A stretch of DNA of 63,557 nt, counting the filler, from Reclinomonas americana ATCC 50394 (taxonomy: Eukaryota): assembly GCA_048213135.1 (NCBI GenBank). It is 5 parts of 2 records of this genome, joined end to end, with 100 filler letters (N's around TTAATTAATTAA, not from the genome) between each part and the next. Parts side by side here need not be neighbours in the genome. Positions count along the whole stretch, not along the records: positions 41,865 to 54,841 come from PS015100.1; positions 54,942 to 63,557 come from PS015101.1; 3 more parts are not named here. One strand, written 5' to 3'. Under the pieces are notes generated by a model. The model had not been told where the DNA came from, did no database searches, and saw nothing but the letters and a program-made list of their open reading frames with translations. The translations under genes and the position numbers were made by a program. How positions within the stretch are numbered: position 1 is the first letter of the stretch; every line of letters starts with the position of its first letter. Positions 49,493 to 62,306 of this stretch are shown here, piece after piece.

Positions 49493-51845
49493 CACAGCCA
49501 GGACTGTCCCTTGTCGTACGGCACCGGAACAATTCGGCAACGGTGCCGTCCGGCACCGTCCGGTGAAAATCCTCCCTTAGTGAACCCTTACATGCAACCA
49601 ATGAATACGGTACCGTCCACGGTACCGTCCAGACGCCGAACGGCACCGTTCTTACACTTAGATTATGCCTCATTCTTCCGGTGATCGACAAAAAAGGAGA
49701 AAAAAACTCACCTGTTCTGCTGAATGAAGCTCATCCGGCGTCGTCCGGTGCCGGGACGGTGCCCATTTTTAGCCGCGGCTGCCCCGGCCCCGCCCCCCGC
49801 CCCCGCTCCGCTTTGCATGCACTCCCTCGCCCCACCACCCACCATCTACTACAGGTGCCACACTCCATGGATTCACTCATACTCATACAAAATGCTCTAA
49901 GAGAGAAAAAACAAAGAAAAACGCCAGAGTCGGAAACTCGTGAAGTCCTCCGCATAGCGTTGACCCAGGAAGCGCCCACAGTCCCGAGAAGCATCCATCA
50001 TCCAGCAATCGGTGGCACACGAACTGCCAGCACAATCCAGCTCCACTCCAGAAGGATTCAGCACCGCCGCATCACCGTCACCAGACGAGGTCGACCTCCT
50101 CCTTGTAACAGCACGGCAGCAGCACCGGCAAAGAGCCATCCAGCGTCACAAGCGTTCCACAAGCAAGTCTGGGCACGATCGTAAACAGCCGATCCACCGT
50201 CAAGTGGAGATGCAAGCACCCGTCATTCGGCAGCAATGCAGTCAAGTCTTGAAACACATTGCCGTGAACGAACTCCACAGAGACTCCACGAAGATGAGCG
50301 AGTATCTGCACGGCGAACGTATAATGAGAACGTGCAGTTCGTACAGCGCGCAGTGTCTCACAATGCATCTGTGCATCAAGTCAGCAGGAGGACTGAGAGG
50401 AGAGAGAGTGAGACTCACCATCAAACCGAATGTACTATCTGTGCCACTTGGTTCGNNNNNNNNNNNNNNNNNNNNGGTTGATCACACTGGAATGTCAGAA
50501 TGCTCACTCGCAAAGAAACAGCGGCAGCGGTGCACTGCAGCAGCCATCCACAACAGTGTGGCAAAGAGCATGGCAACCGCTCGTCCATATCGACAGTGGA
50601 TTCGACTGTGGCGCGAGAGATGCATCAACATAAGCACCACACCACTGCAGCGCATGCACACCTGCAGAAGATGGCACGCTGGCCGCTGGCCGCTGCGCGA
50701 CGAGTGATCACGAAGCGACAATGGTCGTGGCCTCGCAATGCTCATCTGCATGGCTGGGCTCGAGTGGTGATGCGTGATCAATGCGTGAGGTTCTCATTCA
50801 TGCATTCTCGCGACACCGTTCGGTGCGGCAGGATGTTGGAGACGGTGCCGTTCGGAGACTCGTGGAGGTGGTGAGTAGCCGGACGGCACCGTCCGGCGGC
50901 GCAGAAGAATGGTCACGGTGCCGTACGGAGACTCAGGTGGCGGTGAGTGGCCGGACGGCATCGGAATCGCTGGCGACAGCCGAACTNNNNNNNNNNNNNN
51001 NNNNNNNNNNNNNNNNNNNNNNNNNNNNNNNNNNNNNNNNNNNNNNNNNNNNNNNNNNNNNNNNNNNNNNNNNNNNNNNNNNNNNNNNNNNNNNNNNNNN
51101 NNNNNNNNNNNNNNNNNNNNNNNNNNNNNNNNNNNNNNNNNNNNNNNNNNNNNNNNNNNNNNNNNNNNNNNNNNNNNNNNNNNNNNNNNNNNNNNNNNNN
51201 NNNNNNNNNNNNNNNNNNNNNNNNNNNNNNNNNNNNNNNNNNNNNNNNNNNNNNNNNNNNNNNNNNNNNNNNNNNNNNNNNNNNNNNNNNNNNNNNNNNN
51301 NNNNNNNNNNNNNNNNNNNNNNNNNNNNNNNNNNNNNNNNNNNNNNNNNNNNNNNNNNNNNNNNNNNNNNNNNNNNNNNNNNNNNNNNNNNNNNNNNNNN
51401 NNNNNNNNNNNNNNNNNNNNNNNNNNNNNNNNNNNNNNNNNNNNNNNNNNNNNNNNNNNNNNNNNNNNNNNNNNNNNNNNNNNNNNNNNNNNNNNNNNNN
51501 NNNNNNNNNNNNNNNNNNNNNNNNNNNNNNNNNNNNNNNNNNNNNNNNNNNNNNNNNNNNNNNNNNNNNNNNNNNNNNNNNNNNNNNNNNNNNNNNNNNN
51601 NNNNNNNNNNNNNNNNNNNNNNNNNNNNNNNNNNNNNNNNNNNNNNNNNNNNNNNNNNNNNNNNNNNNNNNNNNNNNNNGTCCGGCACCGGCTCTCTTCG
51701 AGCTTTGCCCGTCACCGTACCGACACCGCATGGACAAAGGTCCAACGGTAAACCGTCTTCCCCAACTCATACGGCACCGGACGGTGAAGTGGAAGGAAAG
51801 CCCAGCAAATACGGTGCCGGACGGCTCACTGTGGTCCTGGCTGTG
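49493..51845. mobile_element. TIR DNA transposon, probably non-autonomous, flanked by TA
   Basis: Perfect 12-bp TIR CACAGCCAGGAC (49493-49504 / 51834-51845), TA on both sides, and clustered subterminal ACGGYRCCG motifs at both ends. Confidence 0.75.
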
Positions 51846-52083
51846 TAGATCGAGTTGATGTGAGATCAAGGGAGAGGCGGAGGAGCGTGGTGGTCGCAAA
51901 AAGTACGGTGGTTGAGTTTTTGGAAAGAGAATACTGAGTGAATGATGCGTGGCGTGTGTGACCATTGTGCCGGATCCGGAGGATTCGGAGGAAGATGAGC
52001 CAGGCGGACAAAACCTGTCACTGGCAGAATCCGACATTTGTCGTATTCGTTCATTTTTGTCGTGGCGTGGAGCACTCGTCGTC

Positions 52084-53399
52084 ATGATCTTTGCTGTCCT
52101 CAAGTCTTCCTGCAGTCGGTACCTGCGCACCGACGCTGGTGGTGCCGTGTCGACAGTGCGCTATCCCGACGATCACTGTCTGGTGATGGTGCGGGAGATT
52201 GCCGAGCGTCGAGTTACCATTCAGTTTGTGGCCACACGTCGATTCCTTTGTGCCGAAGGAAACCATGCCATTGTGGCTAACCGTGAGGTGGCCTCCACAT
52301 GGGAGGAGTTTCAAGTGTGCGAGGTGAGCCAGCTTGTGCATATATTTCTCCTTTACAATGCGATTATTTGCATGATGATTGATCGAGACTGCGACATCAG
52401 CACGCACGTGATGCAGAATTTGAGTCGCTGCGAACACATCATGGCAAATACGTCAACTGTGATCCGTCGAACGGTCAAGTGCGAGGCAATGGCGAGGCGC
52501 CCTTGGATTGGGAACGGTGGACGATCGATGAGGTGGAGGACCCTTTGGAATTCAAGCCAACAATTTACGAGGTCGACATGGTGATTGCGTCCTTCACTGG
52601 CCCGGTGCTCTTTGACGGTGGATCGGAGCATCACCTGGTCGGACACAGCGGGCTGATTCTTCGAGACGAAGGCCGGGTGTGGTCTTGCCAGTTAGACATG
52701 GTTGCGTTGTTGCGCGTGCGCGCGATATCGATATCGATATCGCAAAGATTGTGCAGTTGGCCTGTTGGTGGTGCCTTACTCGTCAACGCATATCTATGCA
52801 TATGTGCATGCTTTCAGGACGGCGACGTCGTGCTTGACGAACACGAGACAGTAGACCAAGCTGGACGTGCTATCCGCGACTTGTTCAAGGAGTGGGAGTG
52901 CGGCGACTGGAAGTACGAAGACACTCGTGACATGAACCGCAATGCGCGGCCGTTGAGCATGGCCGCCGTGCGCGTCTTCAAGGACGAGTGGGAGGAAGGT
53001 GGCGGCTACAGTCTGCGCCACCGAAACTGCCATCACTTTTCGCGAGCATTCCTGTCGGTGTTTTGTGCGGGTGCCGGTTCTCTCAACCGAGGCCAGCCGA
53101 GCAGCTTTGGTGACCATATTGCCGATGACTTGGCCGAGCTGGGCAAGCATCCTGTCAATCAGGTGCTTGTGGCTGCCCGCGCCGTTGATGCACTCGTGCG
53201 TGGTGAGGTTCGAGAGGCGGTGGAACACACTGCTGCATTCGTAGTTAAACCGGTCGAGGTGGTTGCCAGGCCAGTGTTGAGGGTTGTTGAACACGGCGGT
53301 CGTGCGGTGGCAAAGCCGGTAGAGGCCGTCGCCAAACCGGTTCTACGAGTAGTGCGGAAGCCGCTAAAGGCAATCGGCAAACTGATCGGCTTTTTGTGA
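52084..53399 (+). CDS. Fascin-like beta-trefoil fused to a permuted papain-like (PPPDE/LRAT-type) domain, with VAKPV-repeat tail
   Basis: FLCAEG..IVANR..STWEEF, SLRTHHGKYV, WERW (fascin); GHSGL...YSL..RNCHHFS (His/Cys dyad); two in-frame introns. Confidence 0.7.
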
Positions 53400-53858
53400 T
53401 GTGCTTAGAGTATGTGTGCCGGGTTTCTTGATTTGCAATCTGCTTTGCTCCGTCGTGTACAACCAGTGAATTCCGTCATCCATGTATGGCCATGGCCACG
53501 CAGTGTAGCGATCGAAGGTGTGCATGCAGCAAGAATTCGTGTCCGTCGACGTCGCTACGATTCCCGGCAGCCACCACGATGACGTGCGTGCGCATGGGCG
53601 ACTCATCAGCGACGAGCCGAGACGGTGATAAGTGTGGAGGCACAAGGCAACAGCGCAACGTGCGTCCGACAGTCGCCAGTGGGAACATCGAGTGAGACAA
53701 TCTCAAGCATCCAGCAACATGCCAAGAAGTGCCACACAAACCGATGGATGACGAACAATGCGACACAAGAAAGGCAAGATTACTCTCACCCACAGAGGCT
53801 TTTCACTCTGCCTGCGCTTCTGTGTGTGTCTCTCCCTCTCTTGATCCACTTCTCTTCC

Positions 53859-54841
53859 TTACGGCCACCATCCGTTGTCCGTCATGTAGCCCACAAAGGC
53901 GCCAAACGGCATCAGTGGCATTCCACTGCCCTGCTCAGCACTCGCCTGCTGCGGGGTCAAGTTGTACGGCAAGCTCGGCTCCAACAAGGGAATTACCTTG
54001 ATGGCGAAGCACCGATTACTGCCACTGCGCTTGCCAGCCACACGATGCACCGAGCATTCTCGGCACATGTGCCGGAACTGCGCAAAGCTGGAGGGGAACA
54101 ACACTTTCACGTCGTCGATGATCACAGCATTCGCCAGTCGGTACCTGTGTCGCACGCGCAGAAGTACGTGAGACAACATGCGAAACAATCATCCTCGTCA
54201 TCGACAGCAGCACGACGCACACAAAGCAGCGTGTCAGTGGATCAAAGCGCGCCTCGCCTGCTTCGTCGTACACTGGAATGTACGGACGGTACGCCACCAT
54301 GTACCGCTCGCGCTCGAGTGGCTCGGAGGCCCGCACGTGACGCCGTCGGCCAGTGTAAAACCCCTCGATCCGGCAGTGCAGCACCGGGAGACTCGCGGAG
54401 CCCACTGTCTCCTGCAGAGCTGACGGCGCGTCCTTGCGCAACAGGCCGACCGACGCACCAGCATTGACAAGACTGTCCTTGCCGAACTGGATGCGACNNN
54501 NNNNNNNNNNNNNNNNNNNNNNNNNNNNNNNNNNNNNNNNNNNNNNNNNNNNNNNNNNNNNNNNNNNNNNNNNNNNNNNNNNNNNNNNNNNNNNAGTCAT
54601 CATGCACGACGAGCACAGCCACGCACCGGCCGTCACCAAAAAAGTATTCTCGGTCTGCCGCAACCGAAAACTTGATGTCCTCTGCTGGCACACCAGACGT
54701 GCTGCTCAGTTGCCGCAGTTGGTAGTCGGCCAGACGCAACACCTTGTTTCGGTTCTGCCACTCAAACTTCGTTGACCGAACTGCCGGCGATCCGTCGGCG
54801 GCGGTCAGCGTTGCGAATACCGGCATCGTGCCCTCGCGTCG
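53859..54841 (-). CDS. Hypothetical protein, 3' part, with HxCxxCxxH motif
   Basis: Open frames on both sides of a gap, joined to a last exon by a phase-2 GTGCGT..CAG intron; family not recognised. Confidence 0.45.
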
Positions 54842-54941
54842 NNNNNNNNNNNNNNNNNNNNNNNNNNNNNNNNNNNNNNNNNNNNTTAATTAATTAANNN
54901 NNNNNNNNNNNNNNNNNNNNNNNNNNNNNNNNNNNNNNNNN

Positions 54942-54983
<42 letters not shown>

Positions 54984-55202
54984 AAAACAAGTGAGAAACT
55001 CTCGCACGAATGCACACATAGAGTGAGAAGAAGAGTCTTTGAGAGACAAATGACTGCCGACAGAGGCACAGTACAGCTCTCTTTCCCCATCCCTTTATCC
55101 TCCTTCCGACGCACCGACAAATCCATACGACGAGTACTACAAAAACAGCACAAAATCAGACACACATCATCATGACACCAAACAAGATAGCACACACCAA
55201 CA

Positions 55203-55705
55203 ACGTGCTCTTCTGGAACACAACGGCCTCGGTGATTCCCGGCACCTTGGAGCAGGCCAGACCCGACCACGACTCAATCACGTCCTTGCCGCATGTCGTG
55301 CACGCCGCAAGGTACGCCGAGTACTGAGCACACACACACACACACAAAGAAAGAAAGAGATATCAGCACATGTGCTGTTTGCTTGTGAGTGTGTCTCTCT
55401 TGAGTGTGCGCTTTACCTTTGCAAAGTCGGGGTCGTAGTTGTATTGCTGAGCTGCGAACAGAAATGGGGGTCAGTGTGACTGTTTCTTCTCGCACTCTCT
55501 CTTTCTTTTCCTTTCTTTCCACACACTCGCTCATCATGCAGGGTGCCTCATCATGGTGCAGTTTGTCTGCCGCCAAGTGTGACATGAGCGCGATTTCCGT
55601 CTCTCTCTCTCCCCCTCTTCGCCTTCTTCTCTCGCGTGCGCGCGTGCACTCACCAGCCACTGCAGTGACGGCAACCAGGAGCAGCGCGACGAAGACAGAC
55701 TTCAT
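55203..55705 (-). CDS. Secreted class 3 lipase-like protein, 5' exons
   Basis: Signal peptide MKSVFVALLLVAVTAVA, then Y.PDFAK-YSAYLAA..C..IESWS..ACS, typical of class 3 lipase N-termini; catalytic part not in the window. Confidence 0.55.
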
Positions 55706-55812
55706 GTCTCCCACAGAAACACACGCAGGGGGTGTGCGAGCATCGGTGACCCTTAAATTTTTCGAAAGTGAACCCTTAAGTTTTCCTGGGCCACTTCACT
55801 TCCAACTAAACA

Positions 55813-57032
55813 ATGAGCGCGCCTTCCTCCTCCTCCTCGCCGCCTATGCCACCACTTCAAGTGGCGCAACGTGGATCCGTCGCACGGGTCACGGATTACG
55901 GACAGCACACGATCAATGCATGCACTGTGAATGCAGAGGCCAGTGTCGCGCTGGTGGATGATGCTGGCGATCACGATCACCGTCGACGTCGGCATCGTGT
56001 GGTGTGCGTGTCAGGTGAGGGCTGCGATCGATCTTTTTTTGCGATCGATGCTATTTTTGCACAAAAAAGACAACTCGTGCAGACACGCACGCGCAGCAAG
56101 GCAAGTTCGAGTCGGTGCTGGGCGCCGCTGTGCCGACTGGCGATATCCTCGTTCATGCCGGTCAGTTGTCTCGCTCGTTTGCGATCGATCGCTGTTCCGA
56201 AAACCGATCGATCGTTTCATGCAGGCGATTTCACGCTCATGTCACGCCAGGCGCACTTCGTGGCCTTCAACGAGTGGCTGGGCACGTTGCCGCACCAGCA
56301 CAAGGTGGTGATCTGCGGGAATCACGAGCGGAATTATGTGGACCTCGATCTGGGCGGGTATGAGGGTTTGCGGGAGGTGCTGTCGAATGCCACCGCCGTG
56401 TTGCACACGGATCACGAGGCGGTCGAGTGCGACGGTGTGCGGATCATTGGCCTGCCGTTTCAACCAGGTATGGAGACGCTGTGCTTGCATGCCATTGTGC
56501 CACTGCTCACAACGACGCGCCGCAGAGGGCACCCCGTACCAGCTGCCACGAGGAGCGGCGCCTGGCAGTGTCGATGTTTGTGTTCTCGTCTGTCCCCCTC
56601 AGCTGCACCTCCCCGGCACTGTTCCTCACCCAGGCCATTTCCGCACAGATCCTCATCACGCACCCACCACCGCAGGGCATTTGCGACGGTGGGCGAGCAG
56701 GCGGGTGTCCAGAGTTGCGTTGTTTTCTGTGCACAGCCTCGTCGTCGTTGATCGAGTGACTGACCACATCACATGCAGAGTCCTCCAGGTTGGCACACTC
56801 CATGCTCTCTTCCCTTTCACTCAAAGCTTAACTCTCCGCACACACACAGACAGTGAAGCACCTCCAGCCGCTGCTTCACGTATTCGGTCACATTCATGCC
56901 GGTTACGGGGTTGCGGTGCACGACAACACCCTGTTCGTCAACGCCGCCAACGTCGGCGGTGGCATGGACTCGCGCGTTCTCACCAACCGGCCAGTGGTGG
57001 TGGACATTGAGATTGGCGACGGCGAGGCGTGA
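55813..57032 (+). CDS. Metallophosphoesterase, MPPED1/2-like
   Basis: VVCVSDTH, DILVHAGDFT, KVVICGNHE, ILITHPPP, GCPE, LHVFGHIH.GYG, FVNAA. Confidence 0.92.
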
Positions 57033-57066
57033 AAGGACACAGAGCCAACAAGGAGTGCCCCTTCAT

Positions 57067-60000
57067 TCAGTCGTCGGTGGACATGTGAATGTGGGCAGGG
57101 CACGCGATGAAGGCCGCCGAATCTGCGATGGCGGGGGAGAGAGAGGGACACGGAGATGTGAGCCTGACTGTGAGACGAGCATAGCGCCCTGACAGTGATG
57201 ATCCAAGATAGAAGAAGGATGAACTCTGGGAATGAAAAACGACGACAGAGGAGAAGAGACAAGTAGGATGATTCTAGTAGAGTGTACTCCCACTCAACAA
57301 AGTTATCATCATATCGCTCTGTCCCTCTCTCTCTCGCACTCAAGAATGCCCATCCTCTCTGCTGGCTGTCACCTTTGCATTTGGGCACTCGCGCACACCT
57401 ACTCCTTGCAACATGTTCGCCTCATCTATCTCTCCTTCGCCCACTCCCGTTTCAACACATTCTATGCGTTGGCCGTCACCTTTACTCTCGGTAACTCAAG
57501 CATACCTCTCATTCCACATTCTCCTTGCTCCCCACCTGTTCTTGTCTTCAATTTCCAGTCACTCAACTGCACACACCCATTTTTCTTTCGGCTGCCATCT
57601 TCCTCTTGCTCATCAGCACCCTCTCTTACACCCTCGTGTCGTCTCCTCCCACACTTCCCCTTTCCCTTCCCTTTCACCCACCCGCCTTCTTCTTCCAAAA
57701 TTCACATTCCCTTACACATGGTCGCCGTCATTTTTGCTCTCCTTTACCTTCTCCCCCTCCTCTGTCCACTCCCTACCTCAGTCCCCTACACATACCCCTC
57801 CCCCTTCCACATCTATTACACAGATCCTCTCCTCAACTCAAACATGCTTTCTATGTCCACATCACCTTCCCATGTATTTATCGCTGACTCTCCCCACAAG
57901 TTCTTGTCTTTCTTCGCATATCACTATCCCAAGCAAATGTTCCTTTCACATTCCTCTATCTCTCTCCCTTTCTTGTCCTCCTGCCCATCTTCGTCTCTCA
58001 GACACACCCTGCCCTTCTTTGTGCCGCCGCGCACATCTTTTCCTTCTCTCCCCCTCTCTCTATTGTCACCAATCCCTCCCCCTTTCCCTCCCTACCCCTT
58101 TCCCTCCCTACCCCTTCCCCCTCCCTACTCCTTCCCCTCCCCCCACTCACCTTCCTCTTCCACCTCCGCCTCCATTTCCGCACCCTCGTCACTGTCCGCG
58201 ACGTCATCGTCTTCTTCCTGCATCTCCACGTCGTGCTCCTCCACCACAATCGGCGCCGCTGCGGAGCCAGCCGCCACGGCACCCGCAGCACCGCCATCAC
58301 CCTCTGGCAGCGGTGCGGCGGGCACCACTTGCACGAGTTGTCCGGTCTCGTCGTATATCCGCGACTCGACGGCCACAAACAGCCGTTCTTCAGCACTGTG
58401 TGTGGCGGAGTGAGTGAGAAACACAAAATCTAGCAAGGCACACACTGCACGAAAAAAGCACACCTCATCGGAGCTGGCGCATTCGCCGCGTCTGCAAACA
58501 CGAGAAGATTGAGTCACCAATACATCACTGCAACCAAATTGAGGCAAACCCACCGCCGATACTCCTGTCCTTGCGTGGCCTGCCTGGACCGCGCCGCTTG
58601 GGCACTACCTCGCCCGTCGCCTCCGACGACGACAAAGGCGATCCGAGAAGCGCAGCAGCGGCCGCAGCTGCCGAGCCCGTCTCTTTGCTCGCCTTTTTCG
58701 TGCGCGCCCGCTTCTTGGCCGACTGCTCCGCCGAGTCGCCTTCACCGTCGGCGGCACGCTTGCGGCCTTTGGAGCCACGCGCACTTCCCTGTCGAGCGTA
58801 GTCAGTTAACGGAAAGGGTGCACAGCTCAACAACACAGTCGCGCCCCACCGGTGTCGCAGTCTTCTCGCCCTCATTCTCATCCTCTTCCTCCTCCTCTTC
58901 CTCCAGATCGACCAGCTCCTCCACCGACAGCGCAGGCTTGTCCGACGGTCGACTGCTGCCCACAGGCAGTGCGGTCTTCATCCTTGCGTGCCTTGCGGCG
59001 ATGCTCAATCACATCCTCTCGTTCGGTGAGCGCCCTCCATCTGCACATCGTTGAGTGCGTCAATTCCCGGCTCCTTATTATTCATGCGCTTCAAACAAAC
59101 GCACCTTCTCCAGCACTGATTGTCGGTGCGATTGGGAATCTCGCGACAAATCAAACTCCACTTGCCGGCCCCATACTTCTCCACCACCTCCAGCAGCAGC
59201 TTGTCCTCGTCCTCGGTCCACTCGTGCATGGCCACCGACGGGTTGAGAATGTTTTCCCATCGCTCGCGGCACTGCACGTCGGTGCGATCTGCCAAACCCG
59301 AGATCGTGTCAGTTAGTGTAAAAACGGACACACCGAAACAATGTGAGAGTGAGAGAGAGAGAGAATGGGTGTGCGATCTACTGTGCTCTGTCTGTTGATG
59401 TGTTGCGTGTACTTGGTGTGCACGTACTGGGAACGTGGCGAGCGACATGCGTCCACTGGCCCTTCCCATACGCCTGCACAGCCAGCAAGAGACGCTGTGC
59501 ACGGCGGTGGGTGAGACTCAGAGAAAAGTAATCCACTAGCAAGTTGAGTGCACGCAACTCGGTCGTCGTCGGGCATCCACGGTGCGCGACAAATGCTCGG
59601 CCGCAGCGTCTTGTGCCACCGATGGAGACACTGCTGACCGGTGCGACCCTGTACAATGCTGGCAACTGCAGAGCAACCATCTATCGTGAATACGCGAAAG
59701 TGGCATTCTCTAAAGGGACCCACGAAACTCTGCTGCCAATTGCCCTCGCCATACATGCGCACACCCTCGCGCAGCTTCTCGTCGTCCTCGGAACTCCAGG
59801 CACTGCGCACCGCGAGTCAGCACTCAACTCCAAAGCATGCGCGCAACACTCACGGCGACCAGACCGTTTGGTCAATGTCTTGTTCAGCGACCGCTGATAC
59901 CGCACCAGGCACTGGAATGGCGTGCGATTCGTCTGCTCGGCCAACACAAACACAGTGCTAAGAACTTCCCACTTATCCCCACCGCACACACACACAATGT

Positions 60001-61532
60001 GCACACGAAACTCCCAGCTCGCTGCTGACGAGATCCCACTGATGTCCACCGTGCACGGCGGCCAGCCGGCGCAGCTCCTTCTCCTCCTCCTTGGTCCACG
60101 GGCCGCGATTGACCAGCGCACTCAGATGGTGGTACCAGTGCCACTGCAATTCACGCGGCTCACGCGACGCAAACTACGGCACGACACACACCATCAGTAT
60201 CCACTATAAAGACAACAAGGGAAGATTAAACGCAACACTGGACGCCGCCACCGCCCTCCAGTCAATCGGCTTCAGCGCCTTCTTCTCTAGCTCCTCCAGC
60301 GACTCCTCCGACAGCGCCTGCAGCTTGTCATTCAGCTCCGCAATGTCGCCGCCAGACATGTTGCTGTATCTACACACCCACAGTGAGAAGCTCGCCCACA
60401 CCTTCTACCACAATTATTGCACAACTGTTCCATGAGGTGGGCGGTGAGGTCCTCCAGGATGAGATTTCGCACTGTGTAGGTCAGCAGTGCGTCGTCCTCG
60501 GAAGACCCTGCAAACGGGAGGAGGGTGAGGGAGGAGGGTGAGGGGGGAAGGGAGAAGGGTGAGGGGGAGAGAGAGGGAGACAGCATATAGACTGGCAGGG
60601 CAGCATGCAGACTGATTGAGAGGGGGATAGGGAGGGAGGCAAGGAGAGAAGAGAGGAAGGCGAGGTATCGAATAGATGAAGGAGACAGAGTGAGAGGGAG
60701 GAAGGGCAAGAACAAGGCTNNNNNNNNNNNNNNNNNNNNNNNNNNNNNNNNNNNNNNNNNNNNNNNNNNNNNNNNNNNNNNNNNNNNNNNNNNNNNNNNN
60801 NNNNNNNNNNNNNNNNNNNNNNNNNNNNNNNNNNNNNNNNNNNNNNNNNNNNNNNNNNNNNNNNNNNNNNNNNNNNNNNNNNNNNNNNNNNNNNNNNNNN
60901 NNNNNNNNNNNNNNNNNNNNNNNNNNNNNNNNNNNNNNNNNNNNNNNNNNNNNNNNNNNNNNNNNNNNNNNNNNNNNNNNNNNNNNNNNNNNNNNNNNNN
61001 NNNNNNNNNNNNNNNNNNNNNNNNNNNNNNNNNNNNNNNNNNNNNNNNNNNNNNNNNNNNNNNNNNNNNNNNNNNNNNNNNNNNNNNNNNNNNNNNNNNN
61101 NNNNNNNNNNNNNNNNNNNNNNNNNNNNNNNNNNNNNNNNNNNNNNNNNNNNNNNNNNNNNNNNNNNNNNNNNNNNNNNNNNNNNNNNNNNNNNNNNNNN
61201 NNNNNNNNNNNNNNNNNNNNNNNNNNNNNNNNNNNNNNNNNNNNNNNNNNNNNNNNNNNNNNNNNNNNNNNNNNNNNNNNNNNNNNNNNNNNNNNNNNNN
61301 NNNNNNNNNNNNNNNNNNNNNNNNNNNNNNNNNNNNNNNNNNNNNNNNNNNNNNNNNNNNNNNNNNNNNNNNNNNNNNNNNNNNNNNNNNNNNNNNNNNN
61401 NNNNNNNNNNNNNNNNNNNNNNNNNNNNNNNNNNNNNNNNNNNNNNNNNNNNNNNNNNNNNNNNNNNNNNNNNNNNNNNNNNNNNNNNNNNNNNNNNNNN
61501 NNGATGACTGAGTCTCTCTCTCTCTCTCTCTG

Positions 61533-61573
<41 letters not shown>

Positions 61574-61884
61574 CTCTTTCTCTAAGTCTCTCTCTCTCTC
61601 TCTTCTTCACCTCGCCTCTGACATCGATGAAGTACGACAAGCCGACTCCAGGCAAGTTGAGCTCACTCAGCATCGCAGAGCTCTCAGCAATGAACGAGTC
61701 AACAGCCCTCTGTGCAGAGAAGTGAGACACACACAGAGAAAGAGAACGTCGCGTGTGTCTCACTCACCTTGGACGCTCGGTTGCTCATCATTGCGGCCTC
61801 GACTTTGGCGCGCTGCTCGGCGAGCACGCGCAGGTTGATGTCGCACAAGGCGAGGGCAGCACACAATCCGCGCCCGACTTCCAT
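57067..61884 (-). CDS. SNAPC4: snRNA-activating protein complex subunit 4 (SNAP190), about 4.5 Myb repeats
   Basis: IDWRAVA; WTKEEEKEL; NRTPFQCLVRYQRSLN; GRTGQQCLHRW; RTDVQCRERW; NRTDNQCWRRW; both ends approximate. Confidence 0.85.
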
Positions 61885-62306
61885 TTCTCAATTGCAGTGC
61901 TCAAAAGATGAGTCACCAATATCACCTCGTCGCTGTGAACTCGGCATTTGTCGCGGGCATAATATGCATATGCCCACTCGTTGGCGCGAGAAAGATACAT
62001 GCATTCACATGTTGCATACCTTCGAATTAATTATAATATATATATTCAGATATCGAGCCGGATCCTCCAGCTCGTCGAGCTCGTATTACGACTCCTGTTC
62101 GGATCTGTGCGCGCCTGCAACACGAGCGCGCTGCTGCTGTCCTTTGCGGAAACGCACATAGTCTCCTGTAGACCGCTGGGCGGGTGGTGGGCAGGTTGTC
62201 AGAAACCTGGCAGACCGGACATGGAAGTTGTCAAATGTGTTCGATTTTCGACGCATAAAAGACCGGCCATGAACGCTTGAAAAAACACGCATCCTTTTTC
62301 TTTCTC

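Noticed and set aside
49860-50710. ORFs inside the TIR element as a transposase
   Set aside because: No DDE or other recognisable motif, and frames on both strands are short and interrupted.
51827-51845. RAG/Transib RSS-like heptamer CACAGTG next to the right TIR
   Set aside because: Present at one end only, no nonamer and no 5-bp TSD; probably chance.
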